Assembly: GCA_963817955.1 (NCBI GenBank)
Contig: CAWFQK010000002.1
Coordinates: forward strand, 32,001 to 96,000
Reading direction: 5' to 3'
DNA length: 64,000 nt
Source of the DNA: an uncultured Gemmatimonadaceae bacterium
GTDB lineage: Bacteria > Gemmatimonadota > Gemmatimonadetes > Gemmatimonadales > Gemmatimonadaceae
Shown: one piece after another, positions 8,795 through 18,920 of the stretch
Layout of the letters: each line of letters starts with the position of its first letter
How positions within the stretch are numbered: position 1 is the stretch's first letter
Notes under the pieces: model-generated
What the model was told of the DNA's origin: nothing
The model's input: only the letters and a program-made list of their open reading frames with translations
The model's database searches: none
Position numbers and translations under genes: made by a program

Positions 8795-11700
8795 ATGAAT
8801 CCCCACCTCTACGGCAACCCGACGACGGGCCGTCGTATGCGCGTTACGCGCACACGGTCGGCACGAGCGTCCACCCACGCATCGCTCTGGGCCCTGGTCC
8901 TGCTGCTCGGGAGCGGACCGGTCGCGCGCGCCCAGCTGCTCAATTTTCAGCATTACAACGGCGTCGACGGACTGCCGCAGTCCCAGGTCATGGCCATCCA
9001 CCAGGATCGCCTCGGCTATATGTGGTTTGCGACCTATGGCGGACTCGCGCGCTTCAATGGCGACGATTTCCTGGCCTACACGACGCAAGATGGTCTCTCG
9101 TCGAACTCCGTGTCCGATATCGCCGAAGGAGACGACGGGCTCCTTCTCATTGGCACCACACGTGGGCTCTGCACGTTCGATCGCGTGCGCTTCAAATGCC
9201 TCCGTCACCGGGACGGCCTGGCGAACGAGGACGTGCAGACCGTGGCGGCCGATGGCTTCGGCGGCACGTGGGTCAGCACCGATAGCGGCGTCTCGCACGC
9301 CAACCCTGACGGAATTCACAATTACACATGGGCCGATGGGCTCGCCACGGGGCGCGTCCTGCGCGTCGTGGTCGATTCTGAGAAGCGAGTCTGGGTCGCG
9401 AACGAAAGCGGGATCGTTCGCTTCCAGCGCGCCTCCAAGCGGTTCGTCGCCGATTCACTGCTCATGTTCGGCAATGCGACGATTCAGTTCATTGCGCCGG
9501 CACGCGATGGACTGCTGGTCGGTTACGACGGTCGCCTGTTCTTTCGGCATGGGAACGAACTGACCGCGATCGCTCCCGGAAAGATCCCCGCTGGCACCGT
9601 CATGGTGGACGGTGCAATGGGGCGCAACGGGACGATCTGGGTGGCGACGCGTACTGGCGTGCTACGAATCCATGATGGCCAGGTGGATCAATTGGGTCCG
9701 GCAAACGGTCTGCTGTCGCAGATGATCAGTCGCGTGTCGATCGACCGTGACGGCGATGTCTGGTTCGGCACGGACGCCGGCGTGAGCGAGCACGTGCCGG
9801 GGCCGTTCCGCAGCTACACGGCCGCGGAAGGGTTGCCGAGTCCATTCGTGCGTGCGATTGCCTCTGATGCAAAGGGGCGCTTGTGGATCGGGACGCGGAA
9901 TGGCGTCGCGATGCGGGAGGGCGGCGGATTCAAGACGGTCCCGATTGCCGGTATCATCGATCCGCGCGTTTTCAGCTTGGCGTTCGAACCAAGTGGTGGT
10001 TTGCTCGTCGGCACGCGTCAAGGGCTGTATTGGTACAAGGACGGCCGCGTGCGTGCGTATCACGACCCGGATGGACTCCTGGGCGACGCGGCGTTCAGCC
10101 TCCTGGCAGACGGAGGTGCCGGGGTGTGGGTGGGGACGAGACGCGGCATTGCGCGGTGGGAGGCAGGTCGCCTCACTCCGATGAATCTGCCCGAGATCGC
10201 TGCGGCTCAGATCATCTCCATGACGCGCGATTCACGAGGGCGGTTATGGATGGGTCGCCGCGCCGGCGGAATCGCAATTCTCGACCACGACTCGTTGCAG
10301 TTGCTCGGCGCCAATCAGGGCGCCACCAACGAGTCCGTCTGGATGATGCGCGAAGACGCGCAGGGTCGGATGTGGGTCGCCACCGACGGCGACGGTGCGC
10401 TGCGCATCGATGGCCCCACCATTCGTCACATCACGGTGAAGGACGGGCTGGCGAGCAACTTCCTGTGGCAGGTCCTGCCGGATTCGCGCGGAGCGGTCTG
10501 GCTGTTCGGAAACCTCGGCCTCGATCGATTCTCCGGAGAACGTTCGACGCACTACGGGCATGCGAGTGGTCTGCTCGACCTCGAAGGCAGCGCGAATAGT
10601 GCATTCGAAGACACGACGGGAAATCTCTGGTTCGGCACCGGGGCGGGACTCGTCCTCTTCACGCCGGGGCTCGACGTCGTCGACGCCGTCGCCCCTCCAG
10701 TATACGCCGAAGAAGCAACCAACGATGGCGTGCCATTCTCCGCGCAGCCAGACGGCCAACCACCACGCCTGACCCGCGGCGTGATACGGCTCCACTTTGG
10801 CGCGCCCAGCTTTCGCGACCGGTCGGCCATCCACTTTCGCTACCGTCTGATCGGTGCGAGTGATCGTTGGTCTGCACTCACCTCGGAGCGGAGCATCACG
10901 TACGCCGGCTTGAGCCCTGGGAGCTATCAGTTCGAGGTCGTCGCCGTCGAGGGCGGCGCGCAGAGCAAGACGCCGGCGGTTATTACGTTCATCATCACCC
11001 CGGCGTTCTGGCAGGCGTGGTGGTTCCGGCTCCTCTGTATCAGCCTCCTGGTTGGCGGAACGGCGACGGTGCCTACGCTGAGGGCGCGCGTCCTGGAGAA
11101 GGAGCGCCAACGACTGGAGCAGTTGGTGGCGCGACACACGAGCGATCTCGCGGACAAGGCCGCGCGACTCGAACGGTCGAACGGCGACCTCGAGCAATTC
11201 GCGTACATCGCGTCGCACGATCTCCAGGAACCTCTCCGAAAGATCCAGGCGTTCTCCGGCCGCATCGTCACCGGCTACGCTCCAATACTCGACGACCAGG
11301 GTCGCGATTATCTGAGCCGGATTGGCAACGCCGCGGCAAGGATGCAGCAGTTGATCGACGACCTCCTCAGCCTGTCTCGTGTCACGACAAAGCGGAATCC
11401 TCTAGCGCCGGTCGATCTGAACGTGATCGCGCGCGAGGTACTGGGCGATCTGGAGGTCCGCATCCAGACCACCGGCGGTCGTGTCGAGCTCGGCGAGCTG
11501 CCGCGGATCATCGGAGATCCAGTCCAGCTCCGGCAGGTCTTCCAGAACCTCATTGGTAATGCACTCAAGTTCCACCGGAAGGAGCAGGCACCAGTGGTGA
11601 AGGTCAGCGCGGTACCGGGCAATGCGGACACGGTCGATCTCTATTTCGACGACAACGGAATCGGCTTCGACAACAAGGACGCCAATCGCGTCTTCCTTCC

Positions 11701-11881
11701 CTTCCAGCGTCTACACGGCCGACAGGCGTACGAGGGCACCGGCATTGGGCTGGCGATCTGCAAGAAGATCGCTGAACAGCACGGCGGCGTCATTCGAGCG
11801 GAGAGCAAGGCCGGAGAAGGATCGCGGTTCGTGGTGACCCTGCCACTGCACGGTCCAATCGGAGAGAAGCATGCTGCGTGA
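8795..11881 (+). CDS. Sensor histidine kinase with periplasmic beta-propeller repeats and Y_Y_Y domain (start uncertain, 8708-8837)
   Basis: Repeated DGL..N.V..I..D..G.LW.GT..G units, YRLIG..YAGLSPGSYQF, TM helix, ASHDLQEPLRK, NLIGNALKF, GTGIGLAIC. Confidence 0.92.
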   Translation: MNPHLYGNPTTGRRMRVTRTRSARASTHASLWALVLLLGSGPVARAQLLNFQHYNGVDGLPQSQVMAIHQDRLGYMWFATYGGLARFNGDDFLAYTTQDGLSSNSVSDIAEGDDGLLLIGTTRGLCTFDRVRFKCLRHRDGLANEDVQTVAADGFGGTWVSTDSGVSHANPDGIHNYTWADGLATGRVLRVVVDSEKRVWVANESGIVRFQRASKRFVADSLLMFGNATIQFIAPARDGLLVGYDGRLFFRHGNELTAIAPGKIPAGTVMVDGAMGRNGTIWVATRTGVLRIHDGQVDQLGPANGLLSQMISRVSIDRDGDVWFGTDAGVSEHVPGPFRSYTAAEGLPSPFVRAIASDAKGRLWIGTRNGVAMREGGGFKTVPIAGIIDPRVFSLAFEPSGGLLVGTRQGLYWYKDGRVRAYHDPDGLLGDAAFSLLADGGAGVWVGTRRGIARWEAGRLTPMNLPEIAAAQIISMTRDSRGRLWMGRRAGGIAILDHDSLQLLGANQGATNESVWMMREDAQGRMWVATDGDGALRIDGPTIRHITVKDGLASNFLWQVLPDSRGAVWLFGNLGLDRFSGERSTHYGHASGLLDLEGSANSAFEDTTGNLWFGTGAGLVLFTPGLDVVDAVAPPVYAEEATNDGVPFSAQPDGQPPRLTRGVIRLHFGAPSFRDRSAIHFRYRLIGASDRWSALTSERSITYAGLSPGSYQFEVVAVEGGAQSKTPAVITFIITPAFWQAWWFRLLCISLLVGGTATVPTLRARVLEKERQRLEQLVARHTSDLADKAARLERSNGDLEQFAYIASHDLQEPLRKIQAFSGRIVTGYAPILDDQGRDYLSRIGNAAARMQQLIDDLLSLSRVTTKRNPLAPVDLNVIAREVLGDLEVRIQTTGGRVELGELPRIIGDPVQLRQVFQNLIGNALKFHRKEQAPVVKVSAVPGNADTVDLYFDDNGIGFDNKDANRVFLPFQRLHGRQAYEGTGIGLAICKKIAEQHGGVIRAESKAGEGSRFVVTLPLHGPIGEKHAA

Positions 11882-12326
11882 CAGCTCGGGACCTGTCGTC
11901 ATCCTCATGGCTGACGATGACGCGGACGATCGCATGCTCACGCGAGATGCCTTGCACGAGAGTCGCTTGGGCAATCCGTTCCGCGAGGTGGAGGACGGTC
12001 AGGAGCTGATGGACTATCTCCGGCGGGCCGGCAAATACGCGACGGCGGACGCGCCGCGGCCGGGGCTCATCCTGCTCGACCTCAATATGCCGCGCATGAA
12101 TGGGCGCGAGGCGCTCGAGCAGATCAAGAGTGACCCGAATCTCCAGTGCATTCCCGTCATCATCCTCACCACCTCCAAGACGGAAGAAGACGTGCTGCGT
12201 TCATACGGGCTCGGCGCCAACTCGTTCATCACGAAGCCGGTGACATTCGACCGTCTGGTGGAGATCGTTCGCACGCTCGGCACGTACTGGTTCAACATCG
12301 TTCAGCTCCCCGGATCTCCCGTATAA
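11871..12326 (+). CDS. Single-domain response regulator (Rcp1-like)
   Basis: ADDD, LLDLNMP, LTTS, ANSFITKP. Confidence 0.93.
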   Translation: MLRDSSGPVVILMADDDADDRMLTRDALHESRLGNPFREVEDGQELMDYLRRAGKYATADAPRPGLILLDLNMPRMNGREALEQIKSDPNLQCIPVIILTTSKTEEDVLRSYGLGANSFITKPVTFDRLVEIVRTLGTYWFNIVQLPGSPV

Positions 12327-12330
12327 TCGA

Positions 12331-13251
12331 ATGCCTGATTCGCTCGTTCGTGTGCTCCTCGTCGACGACGACGAAGACGACGCCCTCCTCACTCGGGCGA
12401 CGCTCGGCGACGGGTTCGGCTCGCGGGTCACCATGGAATGGGCGGGGACGTATGCGCTGGGCCTCGACAAGCTGACGACGGGCAGCTTCGACGTGGCGCT
12501 GGTCGACTATAATCTTGGCGGGGAGACGGGCATCGAGCTGTTGCGCGCAGCCCAAGCTCGTGGCTGCCGCACGCCGGTCATCATGCTCACGGGTCACTCC
12601 GACCGCGCGACCGATCTCGACGCCATGCACGCCGGCGCGGCCGATTACTTCGTCAAGGGCCGAGTGACCGGCGACATGCTCGAGCGCTCGATTCGCTACG
12701 CGCGCGAGCGTCACCGTCTGCTCGAGGAGATCCGCTCGCTCTCACTGAGAGACCAACTGACCGGGCTCGGCAATCGTCGCGCATTCTTCACGTTCGGCGA
12801 GCAGCGATTGCAGCTCATGGAGCGCGCCGCCTCACTGGGCGTGCTGGTCTTTGCCGACGTTGATGGACTCAAGCAGGTGAATGACACCCTCGGCCATGAG
12901 TCCGGCGACGCCCTCTTGGTCGATGCCGCGCGCGTGCTGTGCGCCACCTTCCGCCGCACCGATCTCATCGCGCGTCTGGGCGGAGACGAGTTCGTCGTGC
13001 TCGCCGACGTATCGGCCAACGAGAATGTGCAGATCATCTTCGATCGGCTGCAGCGGCACGTCGAGCTCCACAACGCAACCCTCGGCGGCGAAGGCTTTCG
13101 CTTGTCGATCAGCGTCGGCGCCAAGTGCTTCACGGGCTCACCCTCCGTCGCGTTGCAGGAGCTCGTCGCCGGGGCCGACGCGCTCATGCTGCAACACAAG
13201 AAGAGCAGACGGGGACTACCGCAGCCCGACGTCAGGCCTTCGGTCCCTTGA
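12331..13251 (+). CDS. REC-GGDEF diguanylate cyclase
   Basis: REC (VDDDEDD, LVDY), DQLTGLGNRR, I-site RRTD five residues before an intact GGDEF. Confidence 0.93.
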   Translation: MPDSLVRVLLVDDDEDDALLTRATLGDGFGSRVTMEWAGTYALGLDKLTTGSFDVALVDYNLGGETGIELLRAAQARGCRTPVIMLTGHSDRATDLDAMHAGAADYFVKGRVTGDMLERSIRYARERHRLLEEIRSLSLRDQLTGLGNRRAFFTFGEQRLQLMERAASLGVLVFADVDGLKQVNDTLGHESGDALLVDAARVLCATFRRTDLIARLGGDEFVVLADVSANENVQIIFDRLQRHVELHNATLGGEGFRLSISVGAKCFTGSPSVALQELVAGADALMLQHKKSRRGLPQPDVRPSVP

Positions 13252-15211
13252 GGTACGCGTCCATCCACCGCACCGTCCGCTCGCGCACGTCGCGCGCGTG
13301 CTCGGGATTTTCGAAGTGGTGTCCCTCGTCCGGATAGACCACGAGTTGCGTCGTGACGCCGGCATGCTGCAGCCCACGCCAGAACTCGAATGATTGAGGC
13401 GCTGGGCATTCCGCGTCGCGCTCGCCGACGACAATGAGCGTCGGTGTCTTTGCATGATCGATGTAGTTGATCGGCGAACTCTTGTCGTACACTGCCTTGT
13501 TCTCGTAGGCCGTGGCGCCGAAGAACGGCACCATCCACTCGCTGATCCCGTTCTCGCCCGTATAGCTCAGCCAATTCGATAGCCCGGCACCGGACACGGC
13601 TGCCTTGAACCGGTGCGTCTGCGTCACCGCCCACATCGTCATGAAGCCGCCGTAGCTCCAGCCGCGAATGCCCAACCGATTGCCATCGACGGGATAGCGG
13701 CGGAGCACTTCGTCGACGCCAGAGAGGATGTCCTGGAGATCGCCGTGGCCGAAGTCCTTGACGTTGGCGCGCGTGAACGCCTCACCCTGTCCGTAGCTGC
13801 CTCGCGGGTTGGGGAGAAACACGAAGTACCCATGCTGCGACTCGATGGCCTCGTAGGAATCGGGGCCGACAAACGCGGGGTGCACCGACGACGACGGGCC
13901 GCCATGCACCTGGACAATCATCGGGTATTTCTTGGACGGATCGAAGTTCGTCGGATATACAAGAAATCCTTGAACGTTGAACGTCCCGCTCTTCCAACGT
14001 ACGCTCACGCCCTTGCCCGCGGCCGGCGCGATGCCGTCGTTGACGTGCGTGACCTGCGTCCACTGCCCGGGTGCGCCAACCCATATCTCCGGTGCCATGC
14101 CAAATGACTCCCGGACCACGGCAACGGCCGACCCGTTGGGCAACGCCGACGCGCCTGCGACCCCGGCCATGGTCCCCGTCGATGTATGCTCATCGCCGGA
14201 CCAGAGCGCTGCGAACGCACCACTCCGCGCATCCACGGTGGCCATCTGCGACCGTCCCTGGGCGTAGCCGGTGACGAGTGCCATGGTCGGGCCAGTCCAG
14301 CTGAACGACGAGATCGAGCTCGTGATGGCCGGCGTGAGATTGCGCGGCGTACCGCCCACGGACGGCACGACGTAGAGGTCACCACCGGTGACGCCCTGGT
14401 CGCTCATCAATCCGCCGATGTACGCGATCAACGATCCGTCCGGAGACCAGCGCGGCTCAGCCAGCTGCGTCTTCGGTTTGGCAATGTCGTGGATCGCGCC
14501 GGTGGCGGCGTCGATGACGGACAGGCGCGCCACCCACCAGTTGTTGTTTCCGGAGCCCCGCGCCTGGCTGACGACGAGTTGCTTGTTATTCGGCGACCAG
14601 TCGTACTCGTAGATGTAGAGATCGGGCGGCGAGATGGGCTTGATGGCACCGGTGGCCAGGTCGACGATTGCCAGATGTTGACGGTCGATGTGCGTGTCCA
14701 TCACCCCTGTATCGCGCGGTGTCGCGGCGAGCGGGCTATTGGCCTGCTCGCTCGCGGTCGAGTAGAGCATGGCCAGGTGGGCACCGTCGGGCGACCACTG
14801 AACGTCGTGGACCGTTCCCGTTGTCGTCGCAATACGGCGGACCGATTCGCCATCGGCAGTCGTGACGAAGATGGCCGGCGACCCATGACTTGTCGTTGCG
14901 AGAATCGCCAGGCTGCGACCGTCCCGCGACCATACGATCTCCGACGCGCTGCCCGGATCAGCATCCGCCATGGCGACGACGTTCGGCCGCCAGCCGCCAC
15001 CTTGCTGATTCGCGATGACGACGCTGCCTCCAGCGGCCTGAATCCGCGACGCCGGGCCAATCCAGGCTACGCGGTGGCCATCGGGTGACAGCGCGACCTC
15101 GGTGAACGAACGCGCGGCGCCGACCGTCTGCGCGCGTGCCGCCGGGACGACGAGTATCGTGGCGAACAACGCGACCCGGGACAGGCCGGCCATGGAACGT
15201 ATCGAAGGCAT
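13232..15211 (-). CDS. Secreted S9 family peptidase (dipeptidyl aminopeptidase/acylaminoacyl peptidase)
   Basis: Signal peptide, WSPDG propeller repeats, HGGP, GWSYGG, GERD, EGHH; start may be 15286 or 15193. Confidence 0.92.
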   Translation of the reverse strand: MPSIRSMAGLSRVALFATILVVPAARAQTVGAARSFTEVALSPDGHRVAWIGPASRIQAAGGSVVIANQQGGGWRPNVVAMADADPGSASEIVWSRDGRSLAILATTSHGSPAIFVTTADGESVRRIATTTGTVHDVQWSPDGAHLAMLYSTASEQANSPLAATPRDTGVMDTHIDRQHLAIVDLATGAIKPISPPDLYIYEYDWSPNNKQLVVSQARGSGNNNWWVARLSVIDAATGAIHDIAKPKTQLAEPRWSPDGSLIAYIGGLMSDQGVTGGDLYVVPSVGGTPRNLTPAITSSISSFSWTGPTMALVTGYAQGRSQMATVDARSGAFAALWSGDEHTSTGTMAGVAGASALPNGSAVAVVRESFGMAPEIWVGAPGQWTQVTHVNDGIAPAAGKGVSVRWKSGTFNVQGFLVYPTNFDPSKKYPMIVQVHGGPSSSVHPAFVGPDSYEAIESQHGYFVFLPNPRGSYGQGEAFTRANVKDFGHGDLQDILSGVDEVLRRYPVDGNRLGIRGWSYGGFMTMWAVTQTHRFKAAVSGAGLSNWLSYTGENGISEWMVPFFGATAYENKAVYDKSSPINYIDHAKTPTLIVVGERDAECPAPQSFEFWRGLQHAGVTTQLVVYPDEGHHFENPEHARDVRERTVRWMDAYLKGPKA

Positions 15212-15282
15212 GGAATGGTCTCGTTTCGAGAGCGACTGCGGGAAGATAGCCATTGGCGCGCAATCCGATTCGACCGGCACTG

Positions 15283-15858
15283 TCACGGGGGCCGGCGACT
15301 GGGCGGTCGCGGTTTGAGATCGATCTCCTTCAGCCGTTGGAGCTCGAGCCGCAGCGCGCGCAGTTGCTCATCGTGGTCGCGCAGATCGGATTCCAGACGC
15401 GCCGTATTTCGCCGGAGCAGGTCGGCCCTCGCCGTCGTGGAATCCAGAATGGCGCGAAGCTGCTGCACCTCGGCCGTCCGCGCGGCGATCTTCGACTCGA
15501 GCTCGCGCCGGAGCGCGGTGTTACTGTCGCGGGCGCGCAAGAGCGCGTCCATGTCGGCGAGCCGGTCGGTCGCGTCGGCGCGATATCGGGTATTCGGAAA
15601 CTGAAATAGCAGTCGCCGGAAGAGCCCGCGCGCCCGATCGGGGTCATACGTTGGACGCGACGGCGTGCCATAGAGAATCCCGGCGAGGTACACAGCACGT
15701 TCGTCATGCAGCAGCGCCGAGTCGGTGCTGAACGTCCGCGCGGCATCGGACCACCGCTGCGCGGCGAGCTCGCGATCGAACTGCCGCGGCGCGCACGCCG
15801 TGGCGCTCACCACCACCGCGCCTATCGATACGATGGCAATGCGGACAGCGCCCATCAT
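15283..15858 (-). CDS. Helical/coiled-coil lipoprotein coupled to the kinase (QseG/YfhG-like by context)
   Basis: Lipobox VSATAC, TPR-like segment (ARGLFRRLLFQFPNT), C-terminal coiled coil ending LKEID. Confidence 0.7.
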   Translation of the reverse strand: MMGAVRIAIVSIGAVVVSATACAPRQFDRELAAQRWSDAARTFSTDSALLHDERAVYLAGILYGTPSRPTYDPDRARGLFRRLLFQFPNTRYRADATDRLADMDALLRARDSNTALRRELESKIAARTAEVQQLRAILDSTTARADLLRRNTARLESDLRDHDEQLRALRLELQRLKEIDLKPRPPSRRPP

Positions 15859-17441
15859 GCGATCCGCTCGCTGCCACCAACCGGTGCCGGTCCGAGCACC
15901 GCGTCCGGCGCGTCCGGCGCATCCGCCGCGCCGGCCGCGCCGGCCGCGCCGGGGAGCAGCACGCAGAACAGGCTGCCGCTCGGCTCATTGTCGGTCACCC
16001 AGATCGCGCCACCATGTGCCGCGACGATTTCGCGACAGATCGTGAGCCCGAGACCGACGCCGTGCCCATGCGCGGCGCGTCCAGCCTCGGTTTGATAGAA
16101 GCGCGCGAAGATCCGCTCCTTTTCGTCGTCCGGAATACCAGGACCATCGTCGGCGACAGAGAGCAGTACCGCACCGCCGCGCATACCGCTCCTGCGCACC
16201 GCGGCCGACTGCTCCGCCGGCACGCGGTCGCCCCCCGACGGCCATTCGGCAATACGCACCCGAACGGCTCCGCCGGGCGGAGAGAACTTGATCGCATTCT
16301 CGAGCAGGTTGTCGAGCACCTGGGCAAGGCCAGTCGCATCGCCGCGTACGAGCAATCGCCGGTGCGGTTCCGTGAGCGACAAACGGAAACCACGTTGTGT
16401 CCGCGCCGCATCGGCACGCTCCAGCGGACCCTTCACGAGTTGCATCACGTCGAGCATCTGCAAATCGGGCTCGAGGCCGGCCTCGATGCGCGACAGGTCG
16501 AGCAACTTGGTCACCATGGAGGATAACCGGCGCCCGCTGGCCAGATTGAGCTCGAGCAGTTGGCGCTGTTTGGCAGACAATGGCCCAGCCACTTCGTCGA
16601 GTAGGGCACCGATCGTCTCGTGCATCGAGGAGAGCGGAGTCTTGAGGTCGTGCGATACCTTCGCCACGAAATCGCGCTTCATGCGATCCAGCTCGTCCAA
16701 CCGCTCGGTCATCGAGTTGAAGTCCCGCGCCACCTGCGCGAACTCGTCGCCGCCCGTGGTGTCGAGCCGATAGCCGAACCGCCCCGCCGACACCTCGCGC
16801 GTCCCCTCGGCGAGGCGGCCAAGCGGTCCGACGATCGAGCGAACGAGCAGCGCGGACAGCAGCAGGCTGAGGACCAACGCCCCGAGCGCCGCCAGCCAAG
16901 ACACCCGCTCGGCATTGCGAGCCGATCGTTCCGACGCGCTCAGTTCGCGGCTCATCGCATCCTGCGATGCGGCGCTCAACTGTTGTGTCTCCGTGCGAAC
17001 CTGCTCGAGCGTCTGCTGCAGCATCGGCACCGACGCACGCCCCGCAGCCGTCGACGCATACTCGAAATTGGACAGACGCTGCGCCCGCGCCTCCACCGTT
17101 CGCCAGTCCGCGGCCAGCGGCGTGAGCGACGCCCGTTCCGCGGCGCTCAGCGGGATGGAATCGAGGTGCCGGAGCTGGCGTCCATACGCGCGCGACGATT
17201 CCAGGAATTTGCCGAGATACCCACGATCCCGGGTCACGAGGAATTTCTCGGCATCGCTACTCATCTGCGTGATGCGGGCGAGCTGATCGGTCGAGGACAC
17301 GCGGAGCCGAGACGAAATCTCGGTGAGTGCGTGCCCGCCATCCACGACGCCCCGGATTGTCCGCATGTGATACACGACGACCGCCGCGAGCAACGCGATG
17401 TAGACTGCGAATGCCGCCCGCAGCCGCGCGGCGACGCTCAT
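15855..17441 (-). CDS. HAMP histidine kinase
   Basis: ATG 17441 overlaps regulator stop; two TMs, HAMP, VSHDLKTPL, NLLENAIKF, DDGPG, GVGLGL. Confidence 0.93.
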   Translation of the reverse strand: MSVAARLRAAFAVYIALLAAVVVYHMRTIRGVVDGGHALTEISSRLRVSSTDQLARITQMSSDAEKFLVTRDRGYLGKFLESSRAYGRQLRHLDSIPLSAAERASLTPLAADWRTVEARAQRLSNFEYASTAAGRASVPMLQQTLEQVRTETQQLSAASQDAMSRELSASERSARNAERVSWLAALGALVLSLLLSALLVRSIVGPLGRLAEGTREVSAGRFGYRLDTTGGDEFAQVARDFNSMTERLDELDRMKRDFVAKVSHDLKTPLSSMHETIGALLDEVAGPLSAKQRQLLELNLASGRRLSSMVTKLLDLSRIEAGLEPDLQMLDVMQLVKGPLERADAARTQRGFRLSLTEPHRRLLVRGDATGLAQVLDNLLENAIKFSPPGGAVRVRIAEWPSGGDRVPAEQSAAVRRSGMRGGAVLLSVADDGPGIPDDEKERIFARFYQTEAGRAAHGHGVGLGLTICREIVAAHGGAIWVTDNEPSGSLFCVLLPGAAGAAGAADAPDAPDAVLGPAPVGGSERIA

Positions 17442-18805
17442 TCGTCCAGGCCGTACGTCCGCAGTTTGTTGCGGATCGTCTTGACGTCCAGCCCGAGCTG
17501 TCGCGCCGCCTCGGCTTTGTTGTGTCCGACTCGTTCCAATGTTTGGAGAATGAGCAAGCGCTCTGCTTCGGCCAACGTGGTACCCGCCGGCAACGTCAGC
17601 GTTGGACGAACGCCCTGACGCAACGCCTGCAAGTAGGGCGGTAGATGGCGCGGCTCGATCCATCCGGCGCGGGCCACGATCGTGGCGCGCTCGATGACAT
17701 TGCGTAGCTCCCGCACGTTCCCGGGCCACGCATGGGCCTCGAGCAACTCGCGTGCGGCGTCGCCGACGCCCTCGACGTCCAGCGAATGCTTCCGCCCAAA
17801 CTCACGCACGAAGTGCTGCGCCAACAGCGGAACGTCCTCGATCCGTTCGCGAAGCGAAGGGAGCGCAATCTCGAACACCGTGAGCCGATAGTAGAGATCT
17901 TCTCGAAGCCGTCCCTCACGAATCGCCTGCGCAGGCGGTCGATTGGTCGCCGCGAGCACCCGAACGTCGAATGCGATATCACGGCTGCCCCCAAGCCGGC
18001 GGGCGTGCCCGTCCTCGAGCACACGCAGCAGCTTGGGCTGCAACGCCATCGGCATATCCGCGATCTCATCGAGAAAGAGCGTCCCGCCGTTCGCCATCTC
18101 GAACACACCGGGACGTGAGCGCGTGGCCCCGGTGAACGCGCCCTGTTCGTGGCCGAACACCTCGCTCTCGATCAGCCCTTCAGGAATGGCGGCGGTGTTG
18201 ATTGCCACGAACGGCTTGTCGCGACGATCGCTGAAGGCGTGAATCGCGCGGGCGGCCACCTCCTTTCCGGTGCCGCTCTCGCCGGTGAGGATCGCCGATG
18301 CGTTGCTCGACGCCAGCGATTCGATCGTGCGATGCAACTCGCGCATCGACCGACTCTGACCTACCATGCGGCCGTCGCCGCTCTGCCGGTCGAGCCGCGT
18401 CTCCAACGATCGGCTCTCATGCCGCCGCCGAACGCCCGCAGCGGTGACTTCGAGCAGCGCGAAGAGTGTGACGTAGTCGAGCGGCTTCGTCAGGAAATCG
18501 GCCGCCCCGGACTTCATTGCCTCGACGGCACCGTCGACGTTGCCGTGCGCCGTGATCATCACGACGGGCAGGCGTTCGTCCTGCCGTTTGATGCGCTTGA
18601 GCAACTCCATGCCCGAGCTGCCCGGCAGCACGAGATCGCAAAGGACCAGATCGGGCCGCTGGCGATCGATCTCGCGCTCTGCCTCGGCTGCATCTCCCAC
18701 CGTGCGCACGTCATGCCCCCAGTCGGCGAGGCGAAGTGACAGCACTTCGCGCAGCGCCGGCTCATCGTCGATCACCAGAACGGCAAGGCGGGGGAGATCC
18801 ATCAT
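17438..18805 (-). CDS. Sigma54-dependent response regulator (NtrC/AtoC family bEBP)
   Basis: REC, GESGTGKE, GAFTGA, LFLDEI, WPGNVREL, Fis-type HTH. Confidence 0.95.
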   Translation of the reverse strand: MMDLPRLAVLVIDDEPALREVLSLRLADWGHDVRTVGDAAEAEREIDRQRPDLVLCDLVLPGSSGMELLKRIKRQDERLPVVMITAHGNVDGAVEAMKSGAADFLTKPLDYVTLFALLEVTAAGVRRRHESRSLETRLDRQSGDGRMVGQSRSMRELHRTIESLASSNASAILTGESGTGKEVAARAIHAFSDRRDKPFVAINTAAIPEGLIESEVFGHEQGAFTGATRSRPGVFEMANGGTLFLDEIADMPMALQPKLLRVLEDGHARRLGGSRDIAFDVRVLAATNRPPAQAIREGRLREDLYYRLTVFEIALPSLRERIEDVPLLAQHFVREFGRKHSLDVEGVGDAARELLEAHAWPGNVRELRNVIERATIVARAGWIEPRHLPPYLQALRQGVRPTLTLPAGTTLAEAERLLILQTLERVGHNKAEAARQLGLDVKTIRNKLRTYGLDE

Positions 18806-18920
18806 CGTAATCTGATGGCGGAGCGGCATGTAATGAAGCCGCTCACCATCTCCGCTGCACAACAGCCCCGGAACGCCGTCGGTGGCGTCCGGGGCCGCTG
18901 AACCGCTCACACGATGTCCG

